Origin: Octopus bimaculoides
Lineage: Eukaryota
Reading direction: 5' to 3'
Assembly: GCF_001194135.2 (NCBI RefSeq)
Contig: NC_068983.1
Span: 22,172,363 to 22,236,362 of the forward strand
DNA: 64,000 nt
The position numbers and the translations under genes are program-made. Of this stretch, positions 26,390 through 39,989 are shown one piece after another. Within the stretch, counting starts at the first letter, position 1. Each line of letters starts with the position of its first letter. The notes beneath the pieces were generated by a model. It did not search any database and was not told the DNA's origin. It saw only the letters and a list, made by a program, of their open reading frames with translations.

Positions 26390-27659
26390 TTCACAGTGGG
26401 ACTGAACTCAAGACAACATGATCAGGAAGCAAGCTACTCAAGCATACAGCTACACTTGCGCACGCACACACACACACAAAGGCATCTGCACAATATATGC
26501 ATACAGAATCACATAAATTTGGTCAATCTGAAGGTATGACAAAAGAGACTTGTCAAAAGGTATAAAGGTACTGCTTAGTTGTCAAATGAATTTCTTAACA
26601 CCCACAGCCAAGCTCATGACCATTGTCAAGAAAACTAAACAGATACCAAGCTGCCAAAATGAATAACATCAATTATAAAGATAATTGTTTATCATCATCA
26701 TTAATACACTATTGATTATCAGGAATATTAAGTATTTTAGCAGTCTCCAAAATAATTAACAATCATTAATTATTGGGTTAATTGTAAATGCTAATAAACA
26801 ATAAGTAATTTTAAATAGTAGCAATTAACCCTGGTGAAACTTGAACTCTTGCACAGCACACAACAATGTGTTCATAAATGACTAGGGTGATAATTGGCTG
26901 CAGTGGCAGCATTAGTAGTGATGCTGCTGAAACAGACAAAATTGGTTCTACAAAAATTTCACTGACATAATGTAAATTTATATGCTGTATACAGAATATT
27001 GAAAATCTTTGCAAAATCTTGGTGTCTAAATTCATCAATCGAAAAGAGATAAACCTATCTATAGTAGCTGACATCAAATGTATGTGCGTGTGTTTAACAT
27101 CAACAAGAATGGAAAATATCATATCTTTATGAGAGGATTACATCATATGAGACCAATGATCAGAGACATTACTGTGGATGTTAATTCTATTTGGATCTAT
27201 TGGCATCTGATTGCTTGATGCAGTTAACCGACTTTGCTCAACCACTGAGTGCTTACAAGATATCTGACTGAATTTATTAAGCTCTCTTACCTGCTGTTTC
27301 GTGTGTGTGTGGTGTGTTCAATGTTTGTTTTTATATTATAATAAAAGCAATTTTACATTAAATTGAAGCATTACTCAATACATTTGGTAGAGTACAAATT
27401 TATTACTTTAACATGAATAATATTGACAGTCACTTCAAAGTGAGTGTGTGTGTACACAAACACATATAGGCACAGGCAAGGCTGTGTGTGTAAGAAGTTT
27501 CCTTCATACTCACATGGTTTCAAGTTCAGTCCCATTGTGCAGCACCATGGGCAAATGCTTTCTAATATAACTTTGGGCCAACCACAGCTTTGAGAGTTTT
27601 TGAAAGGTGGAAGTTCCAACTGTGCATGTGTGTGTGTGTGTGTGTTTGAAAGTGCTTAT

Positions 27660-28004
27660 GCCTATCCACCAAACTGGCTCCCATGCAGGTGACACATAAA
27701 AAGCACCATTTGAGCATGGTCGTTGTCAGTCCTGCCTGACTGGCTCCCATGTCGGTGGCACATAAAAAAAAAAAACATTCAAGCATAGTTGATGCCCGTA
27801 CCGCCTAATTGTCCCCCTATGCCAGTGGCATGTAAAAAGCACCCACTACACTCTCAGAGTGGTTGGCATTAGGAAGGACATCCAGCTGTAGAAACCTTGC
27901 CAGATCAGACTGGAGCCTGGTGCAGCCTCCTGGTTTACCAGTCCTCGCTCAAACCGTCCAACCCATGCCAGTATGAAAAGCGGACGTTAAATGATAATGA
28001 TGAT
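27660..28004 (+). mobile_element. RTE LINE 3' UTR fragment
   Basis: CACTACACTCTCAGAGTGGTTGGCATTAGGAAGG...GCGGACGTTAAATGATAATGATGAT matches the other RTE ends. Confidence 0.8.
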
Positions 28005-29364
28005 ATATAGTTCAAATTTACAGGCAGATGAGGGAACAACGAATGGATGTATTAGTTTGACACTTGGAAAGAATGGAAGTCTTAGACATTTCGAGCCTAT
28101 GCTCTTCAACAGAAAGGATTGATGAAGGTGGGGGTGGAGATATATGTGTGTGCATAGCCATGTACATACAAAAGTTAACTTCAGCACCATATGACTTGGT
28201 ATTCACTCCCTCCTTGCAGACACAGCTGGTATTTACTATAGTCGGGTAATACGATGTAAGTGAAGTCTGGTAATGGAAGCAGGAAAAAAAAAAAACAGTC
28301 ATGTGCGTATGTATGTATGTATGTATGTATCTATCTGTCTGTCTGTCTGCATCCATACTTTGCCTTCTTGACTGCATACAAGTTATAAATCAAGCATCAC
28401 CGTTCATAAAAGCAGTGTTGCTTGTTTACAATATGAAAGTATGTCTTGGCAATTTGCTGTTTGGTAAACTGATGGAATTATTACCTAGCATGGAAACAGG
28501 TGAAGGTCAGCACAGAAAGAGTACCTGGTCACAGAAAATTCAACCTCAACAAAACCTTGTCTGACCTATGCAAGCACAGAAAAGTAGAATGTTCAGAGCC
28601 AAAACGGTGATAAATTTTTGCAGAATGTAGAATTAAGTGTTCTATCCAGGAACTCAAGCATGTATGATGTGTATTGGTATTCACAAACATATGACTTGTG
28701 TGCATGGATTATGGTCCTGATTATGATGACGATGACAATGAACAACAAAGAAAAATTGTTATGAAACCTACATTCTGAAAGAAACCATTCCAAATCAAAA
28801 GAAATATTCTTCAATAAGAATATTAAGAACAGAAAGATTATTTATTCAACAAAATAAATAAAGTAAATAAAAAAAAATCAAATTAAATAAACAAATATTG
28901 CTGTCTGACCCTGTCCTGTCAAACTCCTGCCCTGGTTTAGCTCTTGAAGAATTAAGTTGGATTCCAAACCAAAAGTTTTGCTTGGTTCATTAAACATTCC
29001 ATAAGAAGCTTAAAAAGCAATATATGTAGGAACTGTTTAAAATTCAAAGACATTCAAACTAGAAACAGCTTAAATGTCAATTCCATTGGTTCAGTTCTGT
29101 TCTGTTCTAAGTTGAAGTACATTAATTTTGTTCTCAATGCAGATGTATGCACGTCTTCATTACTAAAATTAACAAAGCAATGACCAACAAACACCAGCAG
29201 GAACTACAAAAGCACTTTAGAATCACACAGAAAAGGAAATTGTCTTCTTATGCAGACTTTTATAGAGGGAAAATGAGAAATGGTGTTAAATTTTATGACA
29301 TTCTCAAGGGTACTTCACATCAGCTAAGCAATCTGAATTAGCTTTAAATAGATTTCAACACACA

Positions 29365-29435
29365 GAGCTTACTTGTTACTTAACAATGCTTATACAATGC
29401 TTATCTGTAAGCACCGTTAAGTAACAGGTGAGATC
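29365..29435 (+). ncRNA. Candidate pre-miRNA hairpin
   Basis: 27-bp stem (29368-29394 with 29406-29432) containing 3 G-U pairs and 2 A.C mismatches; 11-nt loop; not in a repeat family seen elsewhere in the window. Confidence 0.5.
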
Positions 29436-30024
29436 AGGTATGAAGAAATAACACTTCTTCCTCTCCTGACTAAACCAGACCAGACAAAGTTGTAGATTTT
29501 ATTAAAAAAAAAAAATTTTTTATGGAAGAGGAAATGAGAAGTTGTGATGTTTATTCTTCTTCAATAATACATTACCAAAAGTAGTAACATAATATCTACA
29601 ATTATGAATGAAAACCAAGCTACAACTTCACACTGCAGCAAAACGTTTGACTCTGAATGTCTTTGTAAGACAAAAATTACCAAGTATTATAATGACAAAC
29701 TATAAAAACACTGTGCTGAAAGGTCATGGCTGTAAAGCGCTTTAAGTTTATCTGTTATGAACAGGAGGGTCATAACAGATTAGTGGATATTAATTTCATG
29801 AGCAGGCTGTTCCGTTGACCGGATCAACTGGAACCCTCGACGTCGGAAGCAACGGAGTGCCAACAATTGGAGCATAAATTAACAAGGAATTTTAATGAGA
29901 AATTTTAGTTTGTATCATAGAAGCTGGGGTGGTCTTGATTGGGCTGGTATCAAAACAGGTTAGATATAATCACAGTCTCCACACAGTCTATTAGTTTGCT
30001 GGTAATAGTAGCAAAATCTTTAGT

Positions 30025-30247
30025 CCCTTAGCATTTAAACTAGTCATATCCAGCCCAAATATTCTACCTGTTTTACATTCAAACTAGCCAGATTCAGCTT
30101 CTCACACTTACCCTACAATGTCATTCTAAAAATTAACAACCACATCATTGAAATCCCAAAGCTACAAGATGCTGCATGATTTATTTAAATCAATGTGAAT
30201 AAATAAGCATTACATTTGACAGAATAGTCAGAGTACCAAAGGGTTAA
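30025..30247. mobile_element. piggyBac-type MITE
   Basis: CCCTTAGC...CCAAAGGG-TTAA ends; opposite orientation to the 14006 copy. Confidence 0.75.
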
Positions 30248-30965
30248 GGCTGCTCATTTCTTTTTTTTCTTTTTAATCTATGGAGAAATAGTTAAATTTG
30301 CTCCGTCTATATATCTACATGGTTACACACACACAAATAAACATAAACACACATACACATATAAACATGCACACACACACTGGGCTACTTTCAGTTTCTA
30401 TCTACCAGTTTTCTTCACAAAGCTATGGCTACTGCTCAGCGCTGTAGCAGAGATCTGCCCATAGTGCTACACAGTGAGATGAAACCTAAGACCACATGAT
30501 TGGGAAGCAAGCTTCTCAACTGCAACAGCCCCACCTGAGACTTTATTTTAATTACTTGGGGGTAGTAGTAGGGTATGAATATTCTGTTTTTGTAACAAAA
30601 CAAACAAAAAAAAAAATGAAAAACAAATCAATCATTCTTTCTCTGACGACACGACTGAATAGTAACTAGGAGCAAAATTATAATTAATAAAATCTTGTGC
30701 AATAATTTATAATAAGAGTATCAAAAATAAATGTGTTTCTGATAAGATGTGTGTGTGTATTGAAGAAAAGGACCAAATAATCACAAATATCATTCAAAGT
30801 ATACTCTCTGTCTCTTGCTTCTATTAATAAATTATATCAACTGAAAAGTTAATTTTTTTAATCATTATAGGAGTTGGATGACTTTTTTTATTTCAACAAA
30901 AAAAAAAAAACGTTTCTCTTAACTGCTCTACAAGTGATTGCTCAAGAGGGGCTTAGCCTCTTTGT

Positions 30966-31428
30966 TTAACCCTTTAGCATTTAAATTAGCCATACCTTAA
31001 CCCACATGCTCTATCTGTTTTATGTTCAAACTGACCAAATCCAACCTCTCACACCTTATCTACAATGCCTTTTTTTTTAAATAAACAATCACATCATTGA
31101 AATCATAAAGCAACTAGATAATGTATGATTAATTCAACCATTTAGCATTTAAACAAATCACATCAGGCCCAAATATTGTACTTTGCTTTATGCTCAAACC
31201 AACCAGATCCTGCTTCTTGCACCTACCCTACAATGCCATTCTGAAAATAAACAAACACATCATCAAAATTTCGAAGCTACAAGGTAATGTGAAGCAGGAT
31301 TGAATCAAAACAATTTGAAAATAAACGCATTGCATTTGACAGAATAATCCGAATGCTAAAAGGTTAAAAGAATGAGGATAAATAAGCTTTACGAACGACA
31401 GGGTAATCTGAACGCTAAAGGGCTTAAG
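30966..31428. mobile_element. Tandem cluster of piggyBac-type MITE copies
   Basis: TTAA-CCCTTTAGC at 30966, a second copy at about 31141-31363 ending AAAAGG-TTAA, and a third terminal fragment at about 31395-31428. Confidence 0.7.
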
Positions 31429-32066
31429 TAAACTAAAGAACACTGAAGACTAAATGCTTTTAAAAAGATGGCAATGGACGAGAATTAACAGAAAATATGG
31501 TTAGGAATGTTAACACAAACAAAACCGAAGAACCCTGATCGAGAGCTTTACGTCCTGATTTCTGTTGGAAATTAACCACTTCAAATGGCCAAGTACTTGA
31601 GTGGTTTTTTTACTTTATCAACCTTGATATGGTGAAAGGCAATACTGACTGAACCCAGAATGTAAAAAAACTGGAACAAATACAGGTTTCTTCACAAAGC
31701 TACGGCTACTGCTCAGTGCCATAGCAGAGATCTGCCCATAGTGCCACACAGTGAGATGGAACCCAAGACCACATGACTGAGAAGTAAGCTTCTCAACTGC
31801 AACAGCCACACGTGAGTCTTTATGATTTTGTCAATCCACAACCTGCTGATACTTGTTTCGTAAACATACCTTTTTACCTTTTACTTGTTTTACTCATTGG
31901 ATTGTGGTCATGCTGGGGCACCAGTATGAAGGATTTTAGTCAAATGAATCAACCCCACTATTTATTAAGCCCAATATTTATTCTATCGGTCTCTTTTTGC
32001 CAAACTGCTAAGATATTTGGGGGGGGGGGACACAAACATAAAGACACACACAAACACATATATATA

Positions 32067-32444
32067 TTCTTTTATTCTTTTACTTGTTTCAGTCATTAGA
32101 CTGCAGCCATGCGGGAGCACCACCTTGAAGGATTTTAGTTGAACAAATTGGCCCCAAGACTTATTTCTTAAGCTTAGTACTTATTCTATCAGGCTCTTTT
32201 GCCAAACTACTAAGTTACAAGGATGTAAACACACCAACACTGGTGGGGAGGGTGACACAAAGACACAAAGACACACAGACACACAACAGGCTTTTTCAGT
32301 TTCTGTCAACCAAACCAACTCACAAGTCTTTTGTTGGCTCCAAGGCTTAGAAGACACTTGCCTAAGGTGCCATGCAATGGAACAGAATCCAAAAGCCATG
32401 TAGTTAGGAAGCAAACTTCTTACCAAACAGCCTTGAATGTGCCT
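32067..32444 (-). mobile_element. Family A SINE
   Basis: Collinear with 44601-44994; CpG-decayed. Confidence 0.75.
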
Positions 32445-34319
32445 ATAAAACATGGGGCACAAAAGCTGAAATTATTTTCTGGTGGGAGAGAATGAGGTAT
32501 GCAAATCAACCTCAATGCTTAATTTCTGCTTTATTTTATCAAACCTGGAAGAATGAAAGGGTAACAGAATTGGCTTCGGCAAGATTTGAAACATAGCTAA
32601 ATTGTGCAAAGAATATAAACCATCATTCTATCATTTTTACATTCCCACCATTCGCAGCCTGCAGGGATAATAATTAACACCATATCACAAAATAAATAAA
32701 TGAATAAATAAACTTATACACTCTCCATTTAATGTGGATTCACATTAAATGCTAAGATACCTAATATCTTAACGAGACATGAAGTGCTAGACTTTTGTAG
32801 AGATGAGATGAGAAGTTGACTGATGATGATGATGATGATGATGAATGAAAGGAAAAACAAGATAAAAAATATCAAGATAAAAAGAAAATGAAAAGCAAAA
32901 AAAAAAAACAGAAAGATCTGAAAATGCAAAATTAATCAATAACAAAATGATAAATAATTGAATGAATGGAAATTAATGAAATTAAGTTAACGAGGCCAAA
33001 TAAATAATTGCTGATATAATTTACTGACTGGGAGCTGAAGACTTGGTTTCTTTACACCAGTTGCATAAAAATGAAGCTACTCATATAACTCCAACATTTA
33101 TACAGTTGTAACAACAACAACACTGGTGACATACAACCGTAACAAAACAATAGTGACAGACAACTGTAACACAAGAACAGTGACTGCCAATTGTAACACA
33201 AGAATAATTTTGTATTGTTGGTGATCATTTCTTGTTATGAACTAAAGGAACTTGATTAGAGATTGCTATTAACTTCCTTACATTATTTTATAAATGTACT
33301 CCCTTTATTTTACTGCCCCAGTTGCAGAACTAACAATTTCTAATTTAAGCACAAAGAGAGTGATTTTGAGTGGCGGGGTTAACCAATTAAATTGACTCCA
33401 TTACTTGACTGGTATTTTACCAACGCAAGAGGCCTGAAATTTTGGGGGATGGGGGTCAGCTGATTACATTGACTCCAATGTGCACTTCGTACTTATGTCA
33501 CTGACCCTGAAAAAGATGACAGACTGGAGCAACATGAAATTAAGTGTATTGCTCACAAGTACAACATACCACAGGGTTCAGAAACTGAAACCACTATCAT
33601 TAGGCCTTGCACCTTCACTGATTCTTCCTTTGGTTATATGTGTGTGTATATACATATACACACACACACACACATAATCTACACACACACATGTCCATTT
33701 TCCATGCTGGCATGTGTAGAATGGTTTGACCAGAGTTAGTAAGCAGGAGCGATTCACCAACTTCCAGTCTGATTAGGCTTGGTTTCTATGGCTGGATGCT
33801 CTTCCTAATGCCAGCCACTTTACAGTGTGCTGGGTGCATTTTAGATTACACCAGTATGGCTGCATTTATGTGGCACTATGTAAGAAAAATTTTACAGGAT
33901 TTTCACATCAAAGGGTAATGTAATAAATTCTACACAAGAGCAAGTATCGAGATGCTTGGCCATGAGGTAATTCACATTTGCCAAGTATAAACGAATAATT
34001 ACCATTTAAACTATATATGGTTTTGAAATGATGAACTAAAAATGATAATCTAATAAAAACTTGAAATAGAGATTGTTCGCATCTAGCTTAATGGACAGTT
34101 TTACATTATACAATGCAGACTTTGTAAAAGAAAATCATTAAATGGACATACCAAGGGATATCAAGTTAAGACCTTGAAGGGACAATACCATTTTAAAGTA
34201 GGGTTGCAATTGCAATGGCTACTCATCGGTGCAATTGAAATGTGTTGGACTTTGAGAGCCAGTATATAATTATCGAATTAGAGGTAATGCTATTTCTATA
34301 CTTCAGAGTAATCCTTATT

Positions 34320-34388
<69 letters not shown>

Positions 34389-34399
34389 ACAAATATATA

Positions 34400-34757
34400 T
34401 CTTATTTTTTATGCGTTTCAGTCATTAGACTGCAGCCATGCTGGGGTACCACCTTGAAGAATTTTAGATCAATGAATTGACCCCAGTACATTTTTTTTAT
34501 GTCTTTTGCCGAACCATTTAGTTACAGGGATGTAAATATACCAACATTGGTTGACAGGCAGTTGGAGAGGGAGAGACAAACACAAAAACAAAGATACATA
34601 CATACAGACAGACAGACAAATCAGGCTTCTTTCAGTTTCCGTGCACCAAATCTGCTCACAAGGATTTAGTCAGCTCAAGGCTATAGTAGAATGCACTTGC
34701 TCAAGGTGCCATGCAGTGGGACTGAACCTGTGGTTGAAGAGCAAGCTTCTTACCACA
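34400..34757 (-). mobile_element. Family A SINE
   Basis: Collinear with the family; internal (CATA)/(GACA) tract. Confidence 0.75.
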
Positions 34758-35532
34758 TATATATGAAAATTTTAATTGCTCACTTAGACTGGATTCCCCT
34801 TTCATCAGCATTAACAAAATCTGTACCAGTGATACAATACAAACGAAGGAGGGAACATGCATTTAGTTGGCTAGACAACAAAAATATACTATCAGCCCAA
34901 CAAATTCACACCCCTTGCACAGCAAACTGAAGCAGAAATTGCTTTCATATGCAATAAAAATAAAACCTCATTATTTATTTATTTTATATATATGTGGCAA
35001 AATATATTAAAGATGTAAAAAAAGAAGGAAAAAAACCCATTAATGTTATTTATTGTGTGCATTGTATTGCTGTTAGTGTTATTAAATTGAAATCAAAATA
35101 AATGCTCCAATACTATATAAATTGTACTTTAACGATGTGTTTTTGTAAGGTAATTAAATTTAAATTCAGAAAAGGAATTTATTGAATCACTTAGGAATAT
35201 ATTTCATGATTTATGCACAGATACATACATACATGCTTGAGCAGACACACACACACATATCCCCGTGTATATGTGTGCAGGGGTGTATACATATATAAAC
35301 ACATATTCAAGCATATTTATATATGCATGTGCACATACATAATGTATTTGCATATAGCTACAAATATACACACAGCGCCAATAATTCATAATTATTCACA
35401 TGTGTGAGTGGGTGTATATATATTGTATATATATAAACATATATACATACAAATATATGCACATGTGAGTGTATGTATATACATAGATATATATATATAT
35501 ATTTGCACACATACATACATGCACATCTTGTT

Positions 35533-35567
<35 letters not shown>

Positions 35568-35860
35568 AGATTTCTTGACAGCCTCTGCACATTTACACAC
35601 ATACAGCAAGGAAGAGAAAAATAATTATATCTAGTTTAATATCTGACTGGCCAGAGGCAAAACTGTTCTGAGTTTGTCTGTTGTAGTCATGTATTATATA
35701 TATATATATTTATATATTTTTCTCCATTATTTATACATATATTAGTTTATTTGTTTGTTTCTATCGAATTCTCTGCAAGATATTTGTACAAAGAATCACA
35801 TCCCTTCCTCTGTAACACCTTGTGTTGAATATACAGTCTCCCTTTTCTTTTCTCCTTCCC

Positions 35861-35902
<42 letters not shown>

Positions 35903-36372
35903 ACGCGTGTGTGTCAGTCCTTTTAATTTCTCTATACGTCTACCTCTCCGACTGGCCTTTTACACATTGCTCTTCCTCTATCTCTCCCTCCAATACACAT
36001 AAATATACAAATATGTATGTAACATATTTGCAGACATATCTATAATATACACACACATACAAACATACATCATTATCATATACACATACATATATATATG
36101 CACACACACAAACAAGTGCAACACACAAACACCCTGCATACAGATATACAAAAATATATATGTAATATATTTTTACTTACATATCTATAAGACACATATA
36201 TATATTACACACACACATCATCATCATTATATAAACACACAAACACATGCAATGCATAAACACCAGTTAACATACATAGCCATAAATATACAAATATAGG
36301 TAACATATTTACTCATCTACAATACACACATACATACATACATACATACACATATCATCATAAACATATATA

Positions 36373-36737
36373 TTCTTTTCTTCTTTTACTGGTTTCAGTC
36401 ATTTCACTGTGGCCATGCTAGAGCACCACCTTTAGTCAAACAAATTGACCCCAGTACTTATTCTATCAGTCTTTTTTGCTGAAACGCTAGGTTACAGACC
36501 AACACCAGTTTGTCAAGTGATGGTTGGGAGACAAACATATATATATATATATATATGCACACACAAACACACACGACAGGCTTCTCCCAGTTTTCCATCT
36601 ACCAAATCCATTCACAAGGCTTTGGTCAACCTGAGGCTTTAGTAGAAGACACTTGCCCAAGGTACCATGTAGTGAGACTGAACCCAGAACCACGTGGTTG
36701 AGAAGCAAGCTTCTTACAACACAACCACACCTGTGCT
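36373..36737 (-). mobile_element. Family A SINE
   Basis: Collinear with the family; internal (TA)/(CA) tract. Confidence 0.75.
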
Positions 36738-36903
36738 TACACACACTCACATACACACACACACACACTATATATATATATATATATGCACACACATGTG
36801 TGTCTCAGTTTTTTTACTTTGTATATCTATGTATCTATCTGTCTCACAGCTTTTAACTATTTTTTCATCCATCTTTCTACCTATACACATCCCACCCACT
36901 CTC

Positions 36904-36956
<53 letters not shown>

Positions 36957-37455
36957 AATTTATACATACATATATATGCACATACATATGCAAATCTATG
37001 CACACATAAATGTATTTGCATATATAAACAAACATACAAATACATACACATGATGGATGGAGAGAGAGAGAGAGAGAGAGCGAGAGAGACAGACAGAGAA
37101 ATAGATAGAGAGATAGACAGACAGATAGAGAGACAAATAGACAGACAGAAAGACAGACAGATAGATAGACAGACAGACAGATATGTATGTCTATGAGCCA
37201 GTGTGTAACGCTACATCACAACTGCCACAAGACCCACCCATCAACTCCCTCAATATTCTCCTTCCTCGTCTTCTCCCACTCTACAAATAACCAAATATGC
37301 TTCATTCTATTTATTTATTATTCACTGCTTTCATATTTTCTGCTGCATATCCTAAAAAATACAACTTATAATTTTTCTTTCTTTCTTCTTTTTATTATTA
37401 TGCTTTTGATTTTAGTATTTTATTTTTCAATCACAAAATAAATTGTCATTTTCTT

Positions 37456-37574
37456 TCATTTTCCCTTTTTTTTTTTACTGTCTCTCACAACCACTTCTGC
37501 TTCATGTACTTGTGTAAACTCTTCAGAGAAGGGTGGTGGTGGTGGTGGTGCAATTGGGCTTGCCCATTTAGCAT
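37456..37574 (-). CDS. Candidate terminal coding exon of an unknown gene
   Basis: Pyrimidine-rich acceptor CTCTCTCACACACCAG; frame (Y)AKWASPIAPPPPPPFSEEFTQVHEAEVVVRDSKKKKGK*; phase matches the 38122-38207 exon; no homology recognised. Confidence 0.25.
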
Positions 37575-37725
37575 CTGGTGTGTGAGAGAGATAGAGAGAG
37601 AGTTTGAATGTGTATGTATGTCTGTAATAGCCTATATTAGTGTCACTGGGTAAGTGTATGCGTGTGTTAATGCATTTGCATATGTGTATTGTGAATGTAT
37701 GTGTATATATTATATATGTATGTAT

Positions 37726-37814
<89 letters not shown>

Positions 37815-38121
37815 CAATGAGTGTGTCTATGCATGAATGCATTAATTTGTATGTTAGTGTACTTGTGTTAATGTGTGTGCATTTGCACAGAAGTGTCTGT
37901 GTGTACAGATATATCTGTATGAGTGTGTTTATGTGTTAGCATGTGTGCATGTATATATATATATATATATATACATACACACACACACCACTATGTATAG
38001 TTATTAATATATCAAATATGTACGTGTGTGTGTGTGTGTGTATGCACACGTGTGCATGCATGAGTGCTTTGTCCATGTCATGTCTGTGTGTCTGTAGTAC
38101 TACACAGAGTATAGCACTTAC

Positions 38122-38207
38122 AAGGGATGCTATTAATAATTGAGTAGATGATTTCTTCAGCATCTTCCCAAAGCACTGCCAGATAAACAGACATAATCAA
38201 GGCTAAT
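38122..38207 (-). CDS. Candidate internal coding exon of an unknown gene
   Basis: Acceptor TCTCTTCCTTCTCCTGCTCAAAG and donor CTT|GTAAGT; single open frame LALIMSVYLAVLWEDAEEIIYSIINSIP; no homology recognised. Confidence 0.3.
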
Positions 38208-38531
38208 CTTTGAGCAGGAGAAGGAAGAGAGATTACACAGAGACAGATGGAGAACGTACTAATTCCAAGTATGTATCTAAGTTACAGACCCCGTGACCTT
38301 ATGCGGAAATCACTGTACGGAAATTACCATTTTATTTTTTTTTGTTGCTATGCTTTTGCTTTCTTTTGAGGTGTTTCATTATTATTTTTTTTAATTCCTT
38401 TGTCCGTTTCATACCTATTCTCTCATTGTTCTTTTAACCCCTTTCACTTCTACGTATATTCAAGGAAATAAAAATTGCAGATCAATTTAGATGTAATGAG
38501 TATTATTAGGGCATCAGACAAATGGCTGCTG

Positions 38532-38575
<44 letters not shown>

Positions 38576-39004
38576 TCCTTAATGTGTGCATGGGTTGCGT
38601 GGAGTTTATTTGAAGAAAAGTTTCTATGGCCAGATGCCCTTCTTGTCACCAATTATCACCCATTTCCAAGCAAGGTAATATTTCCCTGTGACCAGAGAAA
38701 TGTGAGAAATGCTCTTACAAGATATTGGAAATGACACTAANNNNNNNNNNNNNNNNNNNNNNNNNNNNNNNNNNNNNNNNNNNNNNNNNNNNNNNNNNNN
38801 NNNNNNNNNNNNNNNNNNNNNNNNNNNNNNNNNNNNNNNNNNNNNNNNNNNNNNNNNNNNNNNNNNNNNNNNNNNNNNNNNNNNNNNNNNNNNNNNNNNN
38901 NNNNNNNNNNNNNNNNNNNNNNNNNNNNNNNNNNNNNNNNNNNNNNNNNNNNNNNNNNNNNNNNNNNNNNNNNNNNNNNNNNNNNNNNNNNNNNNNNNNN
39001 NNNN

Positions 39005-39660
39005 AATTCATATTTTTTCCATCCAATTGATTTTGAAGACTGTGGAATAAATGATAATCAGATGGGGCAATGCCCAGCAAACATGGTGTGTGGAGGGGCA
39101 ATGCCCAGCAAACATGGTGTGTGGAGGGGCAATGCCCAGCAAACATGGTGTGTGGAGCATCATTTCCCATTCAAACTGCTCCAGCCATTGGAATGTCATC
39201 CTCGCTGTATGTGGCCGAGCATTATCCTGATGGAAGAACACCTTTCGTCTTGAAACCAAAGACGGTCATTTTTCTTCTAGCACTGACTTGACTTACGGGT
39301 TGGATGACCAAATCCAAGCTTCTCTGCTACTTCCTCAACAGTTACGATGGAATTTTGTTCCACCAGGATTTGCAGGACATCCTCATCGAGCTCTACAAAT
39401 CTTCCAAGATGAGGCTCGTCTCCTAGGCTGTATGTAGTTTCCGGCTCAGAATTTCTGGAACCAATGTTGACACTGGCTGACCCGTATTGTCCAATTCCCA
39501 TATACTGCATTAATATTCCTTGAACTTTCCATAGCATTGTTACCTTTAATGAACTCATAAAGCAAAACATGTTGAATATGCTCCTTTGCCACTTCTATTA
39601 TAACTTTGAAAAAATAGCTGTTAAAATCAAACTGCACTCTTCAAAACTTGCACTAAGAAT
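39005..39660 (-). mobile_element. Internally deleted mariner (DD34D) transposon remnant
   Basis: HIQHVLLYEF.KGNN..ESSRNINAVYG...QCQHWFQKF (HTH), YSLGDEPHLGR..ELDEDVLQILVEQN, VFFHQDNARPHTAR and APSDYHLFHSLQN; 34 residues between the last two Asp once the 31-bp triplication is collapsed. Confidence 0.9.
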
Positions 39661-39788
39661 ATGAACAAGGTAAAATTACTACCTGTTTTTATAGCAAGTT
39701 GATGTCAGTAGTTTATCTCGTCCCCCTCCAACTTTTAGTTCATGCAATTGACAAATACCATATTATTCATGGGATGACCCAATATATA

Positions 39789-39896
<108 letters not shown>

Positions 39897-39989
39897 GGGC
39901 TGTTTGTTATCTCTGATCAACGAGCAACATTGGTCTTGCACCTACAAAGCACTTAACTGTACAGGCAACTTTGATTCAACTATATATAT

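Noticed and set aside
34784-34812. CUGAUGA AAGGG GAAUCCAGUC (minus strand)
   Set aside because: Stem II is absent and the core is altered; too degraded to support.
34242-37842. Many ORFs rich in CV, HT, YI, LS, poly-N or poly-I
   Set aside because: Translations of (TG)n, (CA)n, (TA)n, (TC)n and (AAT)n microsatellites.
39064-39156. Regular ~31-bp repeats as a possible CRISPR array
   Set aside because: Direct tandem copies without spacers, inside a mariner, in a eukaryotic genome.
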